The notes under the pieces were generated by a model that saw nothing but the letters and a program-made list of their open reading frames with translations, made no database searches and was not told where the DNA came from. Source: an uncultured Acidobacteriota bacterium (GTDB taxonomy: Bacteria; Acidobacteriota; Thermoanaerobaculia; Gp7-AA8). From it: 64,000 nucleotides of DNA. Positions 18,754 to 28,937 of the stretch are shown piece after piece (position 1 is the stretch's first letter; each line of letters opens with the position of its first letter). The position numbers and the translations under genes were made by a program. Where the stretch lies: NCBI GenBank assembly GCA_963741955.1, contig CAVUKB010000005.1, positions 32,001 through 96,000 of the forward strand. The letters are read 5' to 3'.

Positions 18754-19239
18754 TCAGTTCGTATTGCGAACACGGACTCGACGGGAGAAGTTGCGAAGGC
18801 GGTCGAGGGCCGTTTCGCCGCCATAAGTCTTCACGATCTTTTCGTCGTACTCGTCCGAAATTATGGCCACGTTCGAGAGCGAGGCGAAAAGTTGATCCGC
18901 CTTGAGATCCCGTCCGATGAAGCGGTGCGAGTAGAAGACGTCTCCTTCCACCATACTGAACGCGCCGAGAGGAAGCTCGGAATTGAGCTCGAGCAGTTCC
19001 TGCATCAGCTCGAATTTCGGTTCCACTCCCTGTACGCAGAACGCGAGAACCTCGACGACGGCGTTGTCGTCCTCGTACGGATCGATGGAGATCTCGACCA
19101 CGGTCGAGCCGTACTTCAGGTAGAAGTCGCAGTGCTCGGCGTCGTCGAAATGTTCGTCGACCAGCTCGTCGAGGTACCCCTTCACCTGCCAGTACACTCT
19201 CTCCTGACATTGCGTATGGAACGCGCGGACGGCAGCCAT
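18754..19239 (-). CDS. YbjN/CesT-like chaperone-fold protein
   Basis: 161 aa acidic; 'YGST', 'LLELNSELPLGAF', 'DEYDEKIVKTYGG'. Confidence 0.75.
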   Translation of the reverse strand: MAAVRAFHTQCQERVYWQVKGYLDELVDEHFDDAEHCDFYLKYGSTVVEISIDPYEDDNAVVEVLAFCVQGVEPKFELMQELLELNSELPLGAFSMVEGDVFYSHRFIGRDLKADQLFASLSNVAIISDEYDEKIVKTYGGETALDRLRNFSRRVRVRNTN

Positions 19240-19328
19240 GGGAGGATTATAGAACGGAACGGCCGCCGCCGGGAGATGGTCATCGCACGGGTACGCCGGA
19301 GCGCGCCGCGATCTACTACACTCTCCCG

Positions 19329-20531
19329 ATGGACATCGGATCGCATTTTCTTCCGGAGAACCGGCGGCGGCTCGTCCTGCGCCGGGGACGCGAACGTCTG
19401 GGGAGCTCCCGCCACCCGTGGATCTTCAGCGGTGCAATCGAGGGCGAAGAAGGTCCCGAAGACGCTGCGATCGCCGACCTGGTCGACCGGCACGGGCGGA
19501 GGCTCGCCTCCGGATTTCACTCCCGCCACTCGCAGATTCGTCTGCGGGTCGTGGCCGGCGAGGATGAAGACCTGACCCCAGATCTGATCCGGGCGCGAAT
19601 CGCCACCGCCGTACGCCGCCGCGACGCGCTCCTCTCCGATTCCACCGACGCGCTACGGCTGGTGCACTCGGAGGGAGACGACCTCAGCGGTCTCGTCGTG
19701 GACCGGTACGGCGACACTCTGGTGGTCGAGATCACTTCGGCGGGGCTCGACGCTCTGCGCGAGCTCGCGGTGGAGGCGCTCGAGCAGAGTTTCCCGCTCG
19801 AGGGGATCGTTTTTCACAACGATCTCGCTGCACGCCGGCTGGAGAAGCTTCCGCTGGAGGAAAGCGTGACCGGCGACCCGTCACGAGAATTGACGGTGAT
19901 GGAGAACGGCCTCCGCTTCGTGGTGCGTCCCGGAGCGGGGCAGAAGACGGGATTCTTTCTCGACCAGCGTGAGAACCGGGCGCTCGCCCGCACGATCAGC
20001 CGCGACCGCCGGGTGCTGAACCTCTTTTCGTACAGCGGAGGATTCGGAGTGAACGCCGCGGCGGGTGGCGCCAGCGTGGTCGAAGAAGTGGACGTCTCGG
20101 CACCGGCCATCGAGGCGGCAGGGGAGAATCACCGCATCAATCCTTCGGGAGCCGACGTGCGGCTGGTGGTTGCAGATGCATTTTCCTGGACCCGTGAGCG
20201 GCTGTCGGGGGGAGAGCGGTACGACCTGGTGGTCAGCGATCCGCCGGCATTCGCGAAAACCAGAGGGGATGTCGACCGGGCCGCACGCGGATACAAGGAC
20301 ATCAACCTTCAGGCGATGAAGCTTCTCGAACCGGGAGGTGAGCTGCTCACGTTCTCCTGCTCCGGTCACATCTCGCTCGATCTATTTCAGAAGATCGTCT
20401 ACTCCGCAGCACTCGACTCGGGACGGAGAGCGTCATTCGTTCGCCGTCTCGGAGCAGGGGCGGATCACCCCGTCTCGCTGTTCGCGCCGGAAGGGGAGTA
20501 TCTGAAGGGGCTGTGGGTGAGGGTGGAGTGA
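19329..20531 (+). CDS. rlmI: RlmI-like SAM-dependent rRNA methyltransferase
   Basis: 'HPWIFSG', 'GQKTGFFLDQRENR', 'VLNLFSYSGGF', 'DPPAF', 'FSCS', 'EGEYLKG'. Confidence 0.85.
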   Translation: MDIGSHFLPENRRRLVLRRGRERLGSSRHPWIFSGAIEGEEGPEDAAIADLVDRHGRRLASGFHSRHSQIRLRVVAGEDEDLTPDLIRARIATAVRRRDALLSDSTDALRLVHSEGDDLSGLVVDRYGDTLVVEITSAGLDALRELAVEALEQSFPLEGIVFHNDLAARRLEKLPLEESVTGDPSRELTVMENGLRFVVRPGAGQKTGFFLDQRENRALARTISRDRRVLNLFSYSGGFGVNAAAGGASVVEEVDVSAPAIEAAGENHRINPSGADVRLVVADAFSWTRERLSGGERYDLVVSDPPAFAKTRGDVDRAARGYKDINLQAMKLLEPGGELLTFSCSGHISLDLFQKIVYSAALDSGRRASFVRRLGAGADHPVSLFAPEGEYLKGLWVRVE

Positions 20532-21832
20532 CGCGATTTGCTCATCGACGGACGAGTGGGGTCGTCGGGGCGATCGGAGCGGACGGATGGGCGAAGGCTT
20601 CGAGAGGATTTCAATTGCGCGATTTGCTCATTGACGGACGAGCGGGGTCGTCGGGGCGATCGGCGTGGACGGATGGGCGAGGGCTTCGGGAGGATTTCAA
20701 TTGCGCGATTTGCTCATTGACGGACGAGCGGGGTCGTCGGGGCGATCGGCGTGGACGGATGGGCGAGGGCTTCGGGAGGATTTCAATTGCGCGATTTGCT
20801 CATTGACGGACGAACGGGGTCGTCGGGGCGATCGGCGTGGACGGACGGGCGAAGGCTTCGAGAGGATTTCAATTGCGCGATTTGCTCATTGACGGACGAG
20901 CGGGGTCGTCGGGGCGATCGGCGTGGACGGACGGGCGAAGGCTTCGGGAGGATTTCAATTGCGCGATTTGCTCATCGACGGACGAGTGGGGTCGTCGGGG
21001 CGATCGGCGTGGACGGACGGGCGAGGGCTTCGGGAGGATTTCAATTGCGCGATTTGCTCATTGACGGACGAGTGGAGTCGTCGGGGCGATCGGCGTGGAC
21101 GGATGGGCGAAGGCTTCGAGAGGATTCCAATTGCGCGATTTGCTCATTGACGGACGAGCGGGGTCGTCGGGGCGATCGGCGTGGACGGACGGGCGAAGGC
21201 TTCGGGAGGATTTCAATTGCGCGATTTGCTCATTGACGGACGAGTGGAGTCGTCGGGGCGATCGGCGTGGACGGACGGGCGAGGGCTTCGGGAGGATTTC
21301 AATTGCGCGATTTGCTCATCGACGGACGAGTGGGGTCGTCGGGGCGATCGGCGTGGACGGACGGGCGAGGGCTTCGGGAGGATTTCAATTGCGCGATTTG
21401 CTCATTGACGGACGAGTGGGGTCGTCGGGGCGATCGGCGTGGACGGACGGGCGAGGGCTTCGGGAGGATTTCAATTGCGCGATTTGCTCATCGACGGACG
21501 AGTGGGGTCGTCGGGACGATCGGCGTGGACGGACGGGCGAAGGCTTCGGGAGGATTTCAATTGCGCGATTTGCTCATCGACGGACGAGCGGGGTCGTCGG
21601 GGCGATCGGAGCGGACGGACGGGCGAGGGCTTCGGGAGGATTTCAATTGCGCGATTTGCTCATCGACGGACGAGTGGGGTCGTCGGGGCGATCGGCGTGG
21701 ACGGACGGGCGAGGGCTTCGGGAGGATTTCAATTGCGCGAGTTGCTCATTGACGGACGAGCGGGGTCGTCGGGGCGATCGGAGCGGACGGACGGGCGAGG
21801 GCTTCGGGAGGATTTCAATTGCGCGATTTGCG
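20532..21832. repeat. Tandem array of 15 x 86 bp units (family 2a)
   Basis: Exact 86 bp period; invariant core CAATTGCGCGATTTGCTCAT; no unique spacers. Confidence 0.97.
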
Positions 21833-21870
21833 CGAATTGCTGATTCGTGGAACGGTCGCGTACAGATCGT

Positions 21871-22226
21871 GCAAATCGCGCAAATCAGATCGTGATGCGT
21901 GCGCGGCTCCGGAAGAATCCGGGATCACGGTCCGGAACGCCGCCCGCCCGTTCACCCGCAAATCGCGCAAATCAGATCGTGATGCGTGCGCGGCTCCGGA
22001 AGGATCCGGGATCACGGTCCGGAACGCCGCCCGTCCGTTCACCCGCAAATCGCGCAAATCAAATCGTGATGCGTGCGCGGCTCCGGAAGACTCCGGGATC
22101 ACGGTCTGGAACGCCGCCCGTCCGTTCGCGTGCAAATCGCGCAAATCAAATCGTGATGCGTGCGCGGCTCCGGAAGAATCCGAGATCACGGTCTGGAACG
22201 CCGCCCGTCCGTTCGCGCGCAAATCC
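21871..22226. repeat. Tandem array of 4 x 87 bp units (family 2b)
   Basis: Units start at 21871, 21958, 22045 and 22132; core GCAAATCGCGCAAATC is the reverse complement of the 2a core. Confidence 0.95.
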
Positions 22227-22227
22227 G

Positions 22228-24024
22228 TCAGATTCCCGTCACCCGCACCACTTCCTCGAACGTGGTGGTGCCTTCCGCGAGCTTGCGCAGGGCGGACTGT
22301 TTGAGGGTGCGCATGCCGCGTTTGATCGCCATTTCCTTGATCTTCAGGAAGTCCTCGCTGCGATCGACCAGATCGCGGATCGAGCTGTCGATGTTCAGGA
22401 TCTCGAAGATGCCGGTCCGGCCGTAATAGCCGGTGTTCCGGCATCGGTGGCAGCCCGCTCCCTCCTTCACGATGATTCGTTTTCCGGGCGGCGCCTGCAG
22501 ATTGAGCATTGACGCCTCCTCGGCAGAGAGCGGCCGGTTGCGCTTGCATTCCTTGCAGATCTTACGGACCAGTCGCTGCGCCATCGCCCCGATCAGGGTG
22601 GAAGAAATGAGGAACGGCTGGATGCCGAGATCGATCAGACGGGTGACCGCACTCGCCGAGTCGTTGGTGTGGAGAGTCGAAAAGACCAGGTGACCGGTGA
22701 GCGCAGCCTGTACCGCGTTCTGTGCGGTCTCCCCGTCGCGGATCTCGCCGACCATGATCACGTCGGGATCCTGCCGGAGGATGGTGCGGAGCGCGGACGC
22801 GAAGGTGATCCCGATCTTGGGATGGACGGAGGTCTGGTTGAAGTCTTCGTACACCATTTCGATCGGGTCTTCGATCGTGGTGATGTTGATCTCCGCGCTC
22901 GCGAGGCTCTTGAGCGCCGAGTAGAGGGTGACCGTCTTTCCCGACCCGGTCGGCCCGGTGACGAGAATGATCCCGTGGGGACGGCTGATCCAGTCGTGGA
23001 ACTGGGAGAGCTCGTCCTCGTAGAAACCGAGTCCGGAGAGATCGCGAAGGAGCACGTCGGGATCGAAGATGCGCATCACCAGCTTCTCTCCGAATGCGGT
23101 CGGAAGGGTGGAGACACGAAGCTCGATCTCCTTCCCCTCCCGCTCGGTGGTGATCCGGCCGTCCTGGGGCCTCCTCTTTTCCGCGATGTCCATCCGGCAC
23201 ATCGTCTTGATTCTGGACGTGATGGCGAGATTGACCAGCTTCGGAGTCCTCTGGATCTCGTGCAGCACGCCGTCGATCCTGAACCGGATCTGTGCGTACT
23301 CGCGTTTCGGCTCGATGTGAATATCCGAGGCGCGGGAATCGTAGGCATGCTGAAGGAGATAATCGACCGCATTGATGATGTGCTGATCGCTGGTCTCGAT
23401 ATCCTGTCCGGATTTGAGCTTGACGTACTGCTCGAGATTGCCGAGATCGAATCCTCCCTTCAGGTCACGCTCGGCTTTGTTCACCGCGGCCCGGAAGCCG
23501 TAGAACTCGTTGATGACCTGCATCACGTCGTTGTCCGCCGAGACGACCAGGTCGAGATCGAGTTGTGCGATGGTCCGGTAGGAGTCGATCGACTGGAAAT
23601 CGAAGGGATTGACCAGCGCCACCATCAGGCGACCGTCCTTGAGCTGGATCGGCAGCATCCGGTGCTTCTTCGCGAAGGGGCGGGAGATTTTCGACTCGAT
23701 GAAATCGATGTCGAGTTTCAGCGGGTCGATCCGGAAGAAGGGGAGTGAGGCCGCTTCCGCGATCAGCCGGGCCATCAGGTATTCGTCGATCGCGGTTCCC
23801 TGGCCCGACGCGTCGCTCAGATTCTGCTGCGCGATGAGCTTGAAAGGGCTGGCTTCCTCGTCGTTGCGGCTCCGGGAGCGGGACGCGTGGCGGTGGGAGC
23901 GGTCCAGCGATTCGAGATCGGCCTTCTGTCTGTCATCGATGAAGCCGGCTTCCGACAGAAGCTCCGCCAGAAACGAGATGGTGATCTCGCGCGATTTGCG
24001 GATTTCCGGCTCGGGCAGCGACAT
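22228..24024 (-). CDS. GspE/PulE/PilB-family secretion ATPase
   Basis: 'ASDIHIEP', 'RRPQDGR', GPTGSGKT, 'EDPIE', 'LRQDPDVIMVGEIRD', 'STLHTN', CKEC..CHRC. Confidence 0.95.
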   Translation of the reverse strand: MSLPEPEIRKSREITISFLAELLSEAGFIDDRQKADLESLDRSHRHASRSRSRNDEEASPFKLIAQQNLSDASGQGTAIDEYLMARLIAEAASLPFFRIDPLKLDIDFIESKISRPFAKKHRMLPIQLKDGRLMVALVNPFDFQSIDSYRTIAQLDLDLVVSADNDVMQVINEFYGFRAAVNKAERDLKGGFDLGNLEQYVKLKSGQDIETSDQHIINAVDYLLQHAYDSRASDIHIEPKREYAQIRFRIDGVLHEIQRTPKLVNLAITSRIKTMCRMDIAEKRRPQDGRITTEREGKEIELRVSTLPTAFGEKLVMRIFDPDVLLRDLSGLGFYEDELSQFHDWISRPHGIILVTGPTGSGKTVTLYSALKSLASAEINITTIEDPIEMVYEDFNQTSVHPKIGITFASALRTILRQDPDVIMVGEIRDGETAQNAVQAALTGHLVFSTLHTNDSASAVTRLIDLGIQPFLISSTLIGAMAQRLVRKICKECKRNRPLSAEEASMLNLQAPPGKRIIVKEGAGCHRCRNTGYYGRTGIFEILNIDSSIRDLVDRSEDFLKIKEMAIKRGMRTLKQSALRKLAEGTTTFEEVVRVTGI

Positions 24025-24166
24025 AGGACGAGTTTACTGAATTCCGGTTTCGGAAACAGCAGAAAAGACCGGAGGATTTCGGCTCTTCGATCCCTCCCTG
24101 TTGGAACTTCGAGCCTCCCGCGCTATTCTTCGGTCAAGCGTCCAGCAAAACCGAGGAGATCAGCCG

Positions 24167-26455
24167 ATGGCCGTCCAGACACCTCCATCCGCACTCGAGC
24201 GGGAGCTTGATTACCGCAAGCGCCTGACTCAGATCACGAATCAGCTCAACTCGGCTGATTCGATTTCTCACATCCTGATGACTCTCAAGGACCGGATCCT
24301 CGAGCTGGTGGATGCGGAGCGCCTGACCATCTATGCAGTCGACACCAAGAATCAGGAGCTCTATTCGCTCCAGAAGGTCGGTGACGTTCCGAAGGAGATC
24401 CGGATCCCGAAGTCCTTCGCCTCCATCGCCGGGTTTGCGGCGCTCAGCCGGCGTTCACTGAACATCCGGGACGCGTACGATGCGCAGGAGCTCACCTCGC
24501 TCCACGCGAATCTTCGCTTCGATCAGCGGTGGGACAAGCAGAGCGGCTTTCGCACCCGCGCGGTTCTGGCCGTGCCGATCCTGTTCGAAAAATACCTTCT
24601 CGGCGTGCTCCAGCTGATCAACAAGCAACTCGGCACCGTCTTTACCGCGCAGGACCAGGAAGCTGCGGAGGAGATCGGCCGTATTCTCGGGATCGCGTTC
24701 TACAACCAGCACCGGGCGGCCCGGCAGAGCAAACCGTCGAAGTTCGGTGCACTGGTCGACAAGGGAGTGGTCTCGGAAAAGGATCTCGAGAACGCAGCCA
24801 GCAGCGCCCGGGTGAACAACATCGACGTCACCCAGGTTCTGATGGAGGACCATGGCGTCCAGAAAGACGAGATCCTCCGCTCGCTCGGCTCGTACTACGG
24901 CGCCCAGACTTTCGACTGGGACGGTGAACGGACCATTCCGGAGGACATTCGCGAGCGTGTCGGATCCGACATGTGGAAGAAGTACGTCTGCGCTCCGATC
25001 GAGAGACGGCAAGGAATGATGGTCGTGGCGATCGACGATCCACAGGACCTGATGCGTCTCGACGGGATCCGCGCGATGGGTCTCGCACCTCGCTACGACT
25101 TCCAGGTCGGTCTCCGTCAGGACATTCTCGGTTACATCGCCCGCTCCTACGGCGAGAAAGAGGAGGCGGAACAGGAGAGCGAGGATCTCGCCCGGATCAT
25201 CACCGAGCTGGGAGATGGAGAGCTCGAGAACGAAGAGCCGGAGGTCCCCGAGATCGACGAGACCGACTCCGGGATCGTGAAGCTGGCGAATCAGATCATC
25301 ATCGAAGCGTTCAACAAGGGCGCGTCGGACATTCACGTCGAGCCCGAAGGATCGAAGAATCCCTGTCTGATCCGCCTCCGGATCGATGGCGACTGTCAGA
25401 AGTATCTCGAGATTCCCGGCCCGCACCGCAACGCACTGGTGCAGCGGCTGAAGATCATGGCGAAGCTCGATATCTCCGAGCGGCGCAAACCGCAGGACGG
25501 GAAGATCCGATTCAAGTATTCGAAGGGAACCATCGAGCTGCGCGTTGCGACCATTCCGACCGCAAATGCCAACGAAGACGTGGTGATGCGTATCCTGGCG
25601 GCGTCGAAGCCGTTGCCGCTCGACCGGATGGGGTTCAGCGAACGCAATCTGACCCGCTTCAAAGAGATCATTCAGAAGCCGTACGGGATCTGCCTGGTGG
25701 TCGGTCCCACCGGGTCGGGCAAGACGACCACTCTTCACTCCGCACTCGGCTTCATCAATACCGAAGACATGAAGATCTGGACCGCGGAGGATCCGGTCGA
25801 GATCACCCAGAGGGGACTGCGCCAGGTGCAGGTGCAGCCGAAGATCGATTTCACGTTCGCCGCTGCGATGCGCTCGTTCCTTCGTGCCGATCCCGACGTG
25901 ATCATGGTCGGTGAGATGCGCGACCATGAGACGGCCGCGATCGGAATCGAAGCGTCCCTCACCGGTCACCTCGTCTTCTCCACTCTGCACACCAATTCCG
26001 CGCCGGAGACGATCACCCGGCTCCTGGACATGTCCATCGATCCGTTCAACTTCGCCGACGCGCTCCTGGGGATCATGGCCCAGCGGCTGGTCCGTACCCT
26101 CTGCAAGTGCAAAGAAGCCCGCGCGGTTCCCGCCGAGGAGCTCCAGGAGATCATGGAGGTTTATGGCGTGAAGTGGTTCTCACGCATGGGACTCGATCCG
26201 GCGACGCTCCGCCTCTACGAACCGAAGGGATGCCGCGAGTGCAACAACACCGGTTACAAGGGACGGATGGGAGTGCACGAGCTCCTGGTCGGAACCGATC
26301 AGATCAAGCGGATGATCCAACGGAAGGCGCCGATCGACGAGCTTCGCGAGGCGGCGCTCGAACAGGGGATGACCACCTTGCTGCAGGACGGAATCGAAAA
26401 GGCCTTTCTGGGATACACCGACATCAAGCAGGCCCGCGCTATTGCGGTGAAGTGA
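24167..26455 (+). CDS. GAF-domain GspE/PilB-family ATPase
   Basis: N-terminal GAF ('SIAGFAA', 'DKQSGFRTRAVLAVP', 'GVLQLINK', 'FTAQD') followed by the complete ATPase motif set. Confidence 0.93.
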   Translation: MAVQTPPSALERELDYRKRLTQITNQLNSADSISHILMTLKDRILELVDAERLTIYAVDTKNQELYSLQKVGDVPKEIRIPKSFASIAGFAALSRRSLNIRDAYDAQELTSLHANLRFDQRWDKQSGFRTRAVLAVPILFEKYLLGVLQLINKQLGTVFTAQDQEAAEEIGRILGIAFYNQHRAARQSKPSKFGALVDKGVVSEKDLENAASSARVNNIDVTQVLMEDHGVQKDEILRSLGSYYGAQTFDWDGERTIPEDIRERVGSDMWKKYVCAPIERRQGMMVVAIDDPQDLMRLDGIRAMGLAPRYDFQVGLRQDILGYIARSYGEKEEAEQESEDLARIITELGDGELENEEPEVPEIDETDSGIVKLANQIIIEAFNKGASDIHVEPEGSKNPCLIRLRIDGDCQKYLEIPGPHRNALVQRLKIMAKLDISERRKPQDGKIRFKYSKGTIELRVATIPTANANEDVVMRILAASKPLPLDRMGFSERNLTRFKEIIQKPYGICLVVGPTGSGKTTTLHSALGFINTEDMKIWTAEDPVEITQRGLRQVQVQPKIDFTFAAAMRSFLRADPDVIMVGEMRDHETAAIGIEASLTGHLVFSTLHTNSAPETITRLLDMSIDPFNFADALLGIMAQRLVRTLCKCKEARAVPAEELQEIMEVYGVKWFSRMGLDPATLRLYEPKGCRECNNTGYKGRMGVHELLVGTDQIKRMIQRKAPIDELREAALEQGMTTLLQDGIEKAFLGYTDIKQARAIAVK

Positions 26456-26469
26456 GAAAGGGGCAGGTC

Positions 26470-26847
26470 TTGAGAAGGACGACGATAGGATTGGCCATTC
26501 TCGGCTCGTTGATCATGGCATGCAGCTCGATTCATCTTCCTCAGAGAGACGCCGACGTCGCCGGCCGGGTGGGGAAGATCAGCGGCGGCGGAGATCAGCC
26601 GCTGGTGCTGATGGTCGGAGAGAACGCCGGAGGCGAGAGCTGGCGGCTGGCGAAAGCGAAGGTCACGGTCACCCCCGACACGGAGGTGCTCGTGCGTGGT
26701 GCGGGAACGATCTGTCGCTCCACCGCGAGCTCGATTCGGGAAGGTGACGCTGCCGAAGTCTGGTTCAAAGGTGCGGTGATGAAATCGTATCCGGTCCAGG
26801 CCGAAGCGGAGACGATCGTGGTTACCCGATCGGACAGCTGTCGCTGA
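26470..26847 (+). CDS. Small lipoprotein (DUF3221/YobA-like OB fold)
   Basis: Lipobox 'IMAC'; 'VWFKGAVMKSYPVQAEA'; alternative GTG start at 26452. Confidence 0.7.
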   Translation: MRRTTIGLAILGSLIMACSSIHLPQRDADVAGRVGKISGGGDQPLVLMVGENAGGESWRLAKAKVTVTPDTEVLVRGAGTICRSTASSIREGDAAEVWFKGAVMKSYPVQAEAETIVVTRSDSCR

Positions 26848-26860
26848 GCTGCCGGCTGGA

Positions 26861-27106
26861 TCACCGCCCGGCCAGGCGCGAGTCGCTTCGCGTTGCCGCG
26901 ACGAGAGTGGCCGGGAGATGCTCCGCCACCTCTTCGAACTGCTCGAGCGCCTGCTCGAGCGCGGAGGGAACTTCGATCGGCTTTTCGCCGCTCTCCCACT
27001 GAAGGACCTTCTCCGCAGTCACTCCGAGCGGCCTCGCGAGCTGACCCCGGCTGATTCCGGCCGCGATCCTTCGATGTTTCAGTTCTTCTCCCGTGATTCT
27101 ATTCAT
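26861..27106 (-). CDS. XRE-family HTH protein
   Basis: 'ELKHRRIAAGISRGQLARPLGVTAEKVLQWESG'; RBS GAGGGAG. Confidence 0.8.
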   Translation of the reverse strand: MNRITGEELKHRRIAAGISRGQLARPLGVTAEKVLQWESGEKPIEVPSALEQALEQFEEVAEHLPATLVAATRSDSRLAGR

Positions 27107-27219
27107 GGGCTCCCTCGGTGTATCTCCGACCGGACGGTCCCGATGAGGTGTCCGGCTCTGCCGCCTCAGAATGCAAGACGAAATCCATCCATGGCCGGAC
27201 GGAACTCCCCGGCCCCCAG

Positions 27220-27378
27220 GAGTCTGCGCGGTAGAAGCTGTCCTACTGCGAAAGCGGATCAGCGGTCCAAATCCGCCCGGATTTTCGGCGAGTAGCCACC
27301 GCTACGCACCTCAAATCCGAACGAATTTGGGCTCCCTGCTTCGCTTTCTCGCTACGGACGTTTCTATCGCGCAGACTC
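27220..27378 (+). mobile_element. MITE-A copy 1 (159 bp) with IS1182-type ends
   Basis: GAGTCTGCGCGGTAGAA...TTCTATCGCGCAGACTC; near-identical to 28938-29096. Confidence 0.9.
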
Positions 27379-27578
27379 CAGGGGGATCCGGAACTCCCCC
27401 TGCTCTCTCGATTGATGCCCTCGCTCTTTTCGTTCGCCGGGGACTGGTTGCATCCGCAGATTCCTGGGAGTCATACCTATGCGCACCGCGCGGAGGAGGT
27501 GGAGGCTATACTGGAAGGGAGGAGGAGCCGCCGTCGCGACGTGAGGTCGGCCGCGGCTCGGGCGGAAGCCTCACAGCC

Positions 27579-28667
27579 ATGACCGGATCGCTCGACATCG
27601 TCATTCTCGGACTCTCCATCACCTCGTCCTGGGGGAACGGCCACGCCACGACCTACCGGGGCCTGGTGCGCGAGCTCAGCGCGCGCGGACATCGAGTCCT
27701 CTTTCTGGAGCGCGACGCCGCCTGGTATGCGGAGAATCGTGATCTGCCGAGCCCTCCGTGGGGGAGAACATCCATCTACGGTTCGCTCGACGAGCTCAAG
27801 GATCGGTTCCACATCGAAGTCGCCTCCGCCGACGCCGTGATCGTCGGCTCTTACGTGCCGGAAGGAATCGAGGTCGGCCGATGGGTCCAGGAGATCGCGA
27901 ACGGCGTCACCGCGTTCTACGACATCGACACGCCGGTGACTCTGGCGAACCTGCAGCGCGGCGAATGCAGCTATCTCACGCGCGAGCTCGTGGAACACTA
28001 CGATCTGTATCTGTCTTTCACCGGCGGTCCGACGCTGGACTACATCGAAAAAGCTCTCGGATCACCCGCAGCGCGACCTCTCTACTGCTCTGTCGATCCA
28101 CGCACTTACTACCCGGAGGAGAGCGAGCTCCGATGGGACCTCGGCTACCTCGGCACCTACAGTGCCGACCGGCAGCCGGTTCTGGAGCGGCTGCTGATCG
28201 AGCCGGCCAGGTCACTGCCCGGACGGCACTTCATCGTGGCCGGACCGCAGTATCCCGAAAACCTCGAATGGCCGCCGAACGTGGAGAGGGAGACGCACAT
28301 CGCGCCGTCGGAGCACCGCGGGTTCTACAACGCGCAGCGATTCACCCTGAATGTCAGCCGCGTGGAGATGATGCGCGCCGGATATTCGCCGAGTGTCCGC
28401 CTCTTCGAGGCCGCCGCGTGCGCAGTACCGATCATCAGCGACTGCTGGCCTGGTCTCGATGAGTTCTTCATCCCGGGGCACGACATCTTCACGGCGGAGT
28501 CGGCGGACGACGTCCGTCGGATCCTCGAGGAGACGACGGAGGAAGAGCGTCTCACGTTCGCACGGCGCGCACGCGAGCGCGTGCTTCGGCTCCACACCGC
28601 CGCACACCGCGCCGAAGAGCTCGAGGGATACGTGCACGAACGGATGCACGAGAGCGCGGAGGCGTAA
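27579..28667 (+). CDS. CgeB-family glycosyltransferase
   Basis: 'GLSITSSWGNGHATTYRGL', 'FYDIDTPVT', 'YSPSVRLFEAAAC'. Confidence 0.9.
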   Translation: MTGSLDIVILGLSITSSWGNGHATTYRGLVRELSARGHRVLFLERDAAWYAENRDLPSPPWGRTSIYGSLDELKDRFHIEVASADAVIVGSYVPEGIEVGRWVQEIANGVTAFYDIDTPVTLANLQRGECSYLTRELVEHYDLYLSFTGGPTLDYIEKALGSPAARPLYCSVDPRTYYPEESELRWDLGYLGTYSADRQPVLERLLIEPARSLPGRHFIVAGPQYPENLEWPPNVERETHIAPSEHRGFYNAQRFTLNVSRVEMMRAGYSPSVRLFEAAACAVPIISDCWPGLDEFFIPGHDIFTAESADDVRRILEETTEEERLTFARRARERVLRLHTAAHRAEELEGYVHERMHESAEA

Positions 28668-28937
28668 CCAGGATCGGCGACGCCCGGCTCGATCGAAGTT
28701 CTCGCCCATGGAATGCGGATTCGCAATCCGCCGCGTGGATCACGGCGCGTGCGCGACCGCAGCATCACCCGCATTTCCGGCAGAAGCGAAGCGTCCGGAA
28801 GAGGCGTTTTCGAATGTGCTGAAGCTCGGCGCCCGCGCGGCGAAGTACCCCGACATCCTCGAGCAGCAGCACGCTCGCGGCGTCCCTCCAATCTCTCACG
28901 GTTCACGGCCCCACCGCCGCCGAAACCGTAGACCCAG

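Noticed and set aside
20532-22226. CRISPR array
   Set aside because: Whole units repeat with no unique spacers, and no cas genes are in the window
21815-22549. 29-aa repeat protein from the 87 bp array
   Set aside because: The period is divisible by 3, but several frames are open, there is no convincing start, and the ORFs overlap the GspE gene
26861-27106. Toxin-antitoxin module or prophage repressor
   Set aside because: Lone XRE HTH with no adjacent toxin-like ORF or phage genes
27171-27578. 136 aa N-terminal extension of the CgeB glycosyltransferase
   Set aside because: Runs through MITE-A; family homology starts at MTGSLD (27579)
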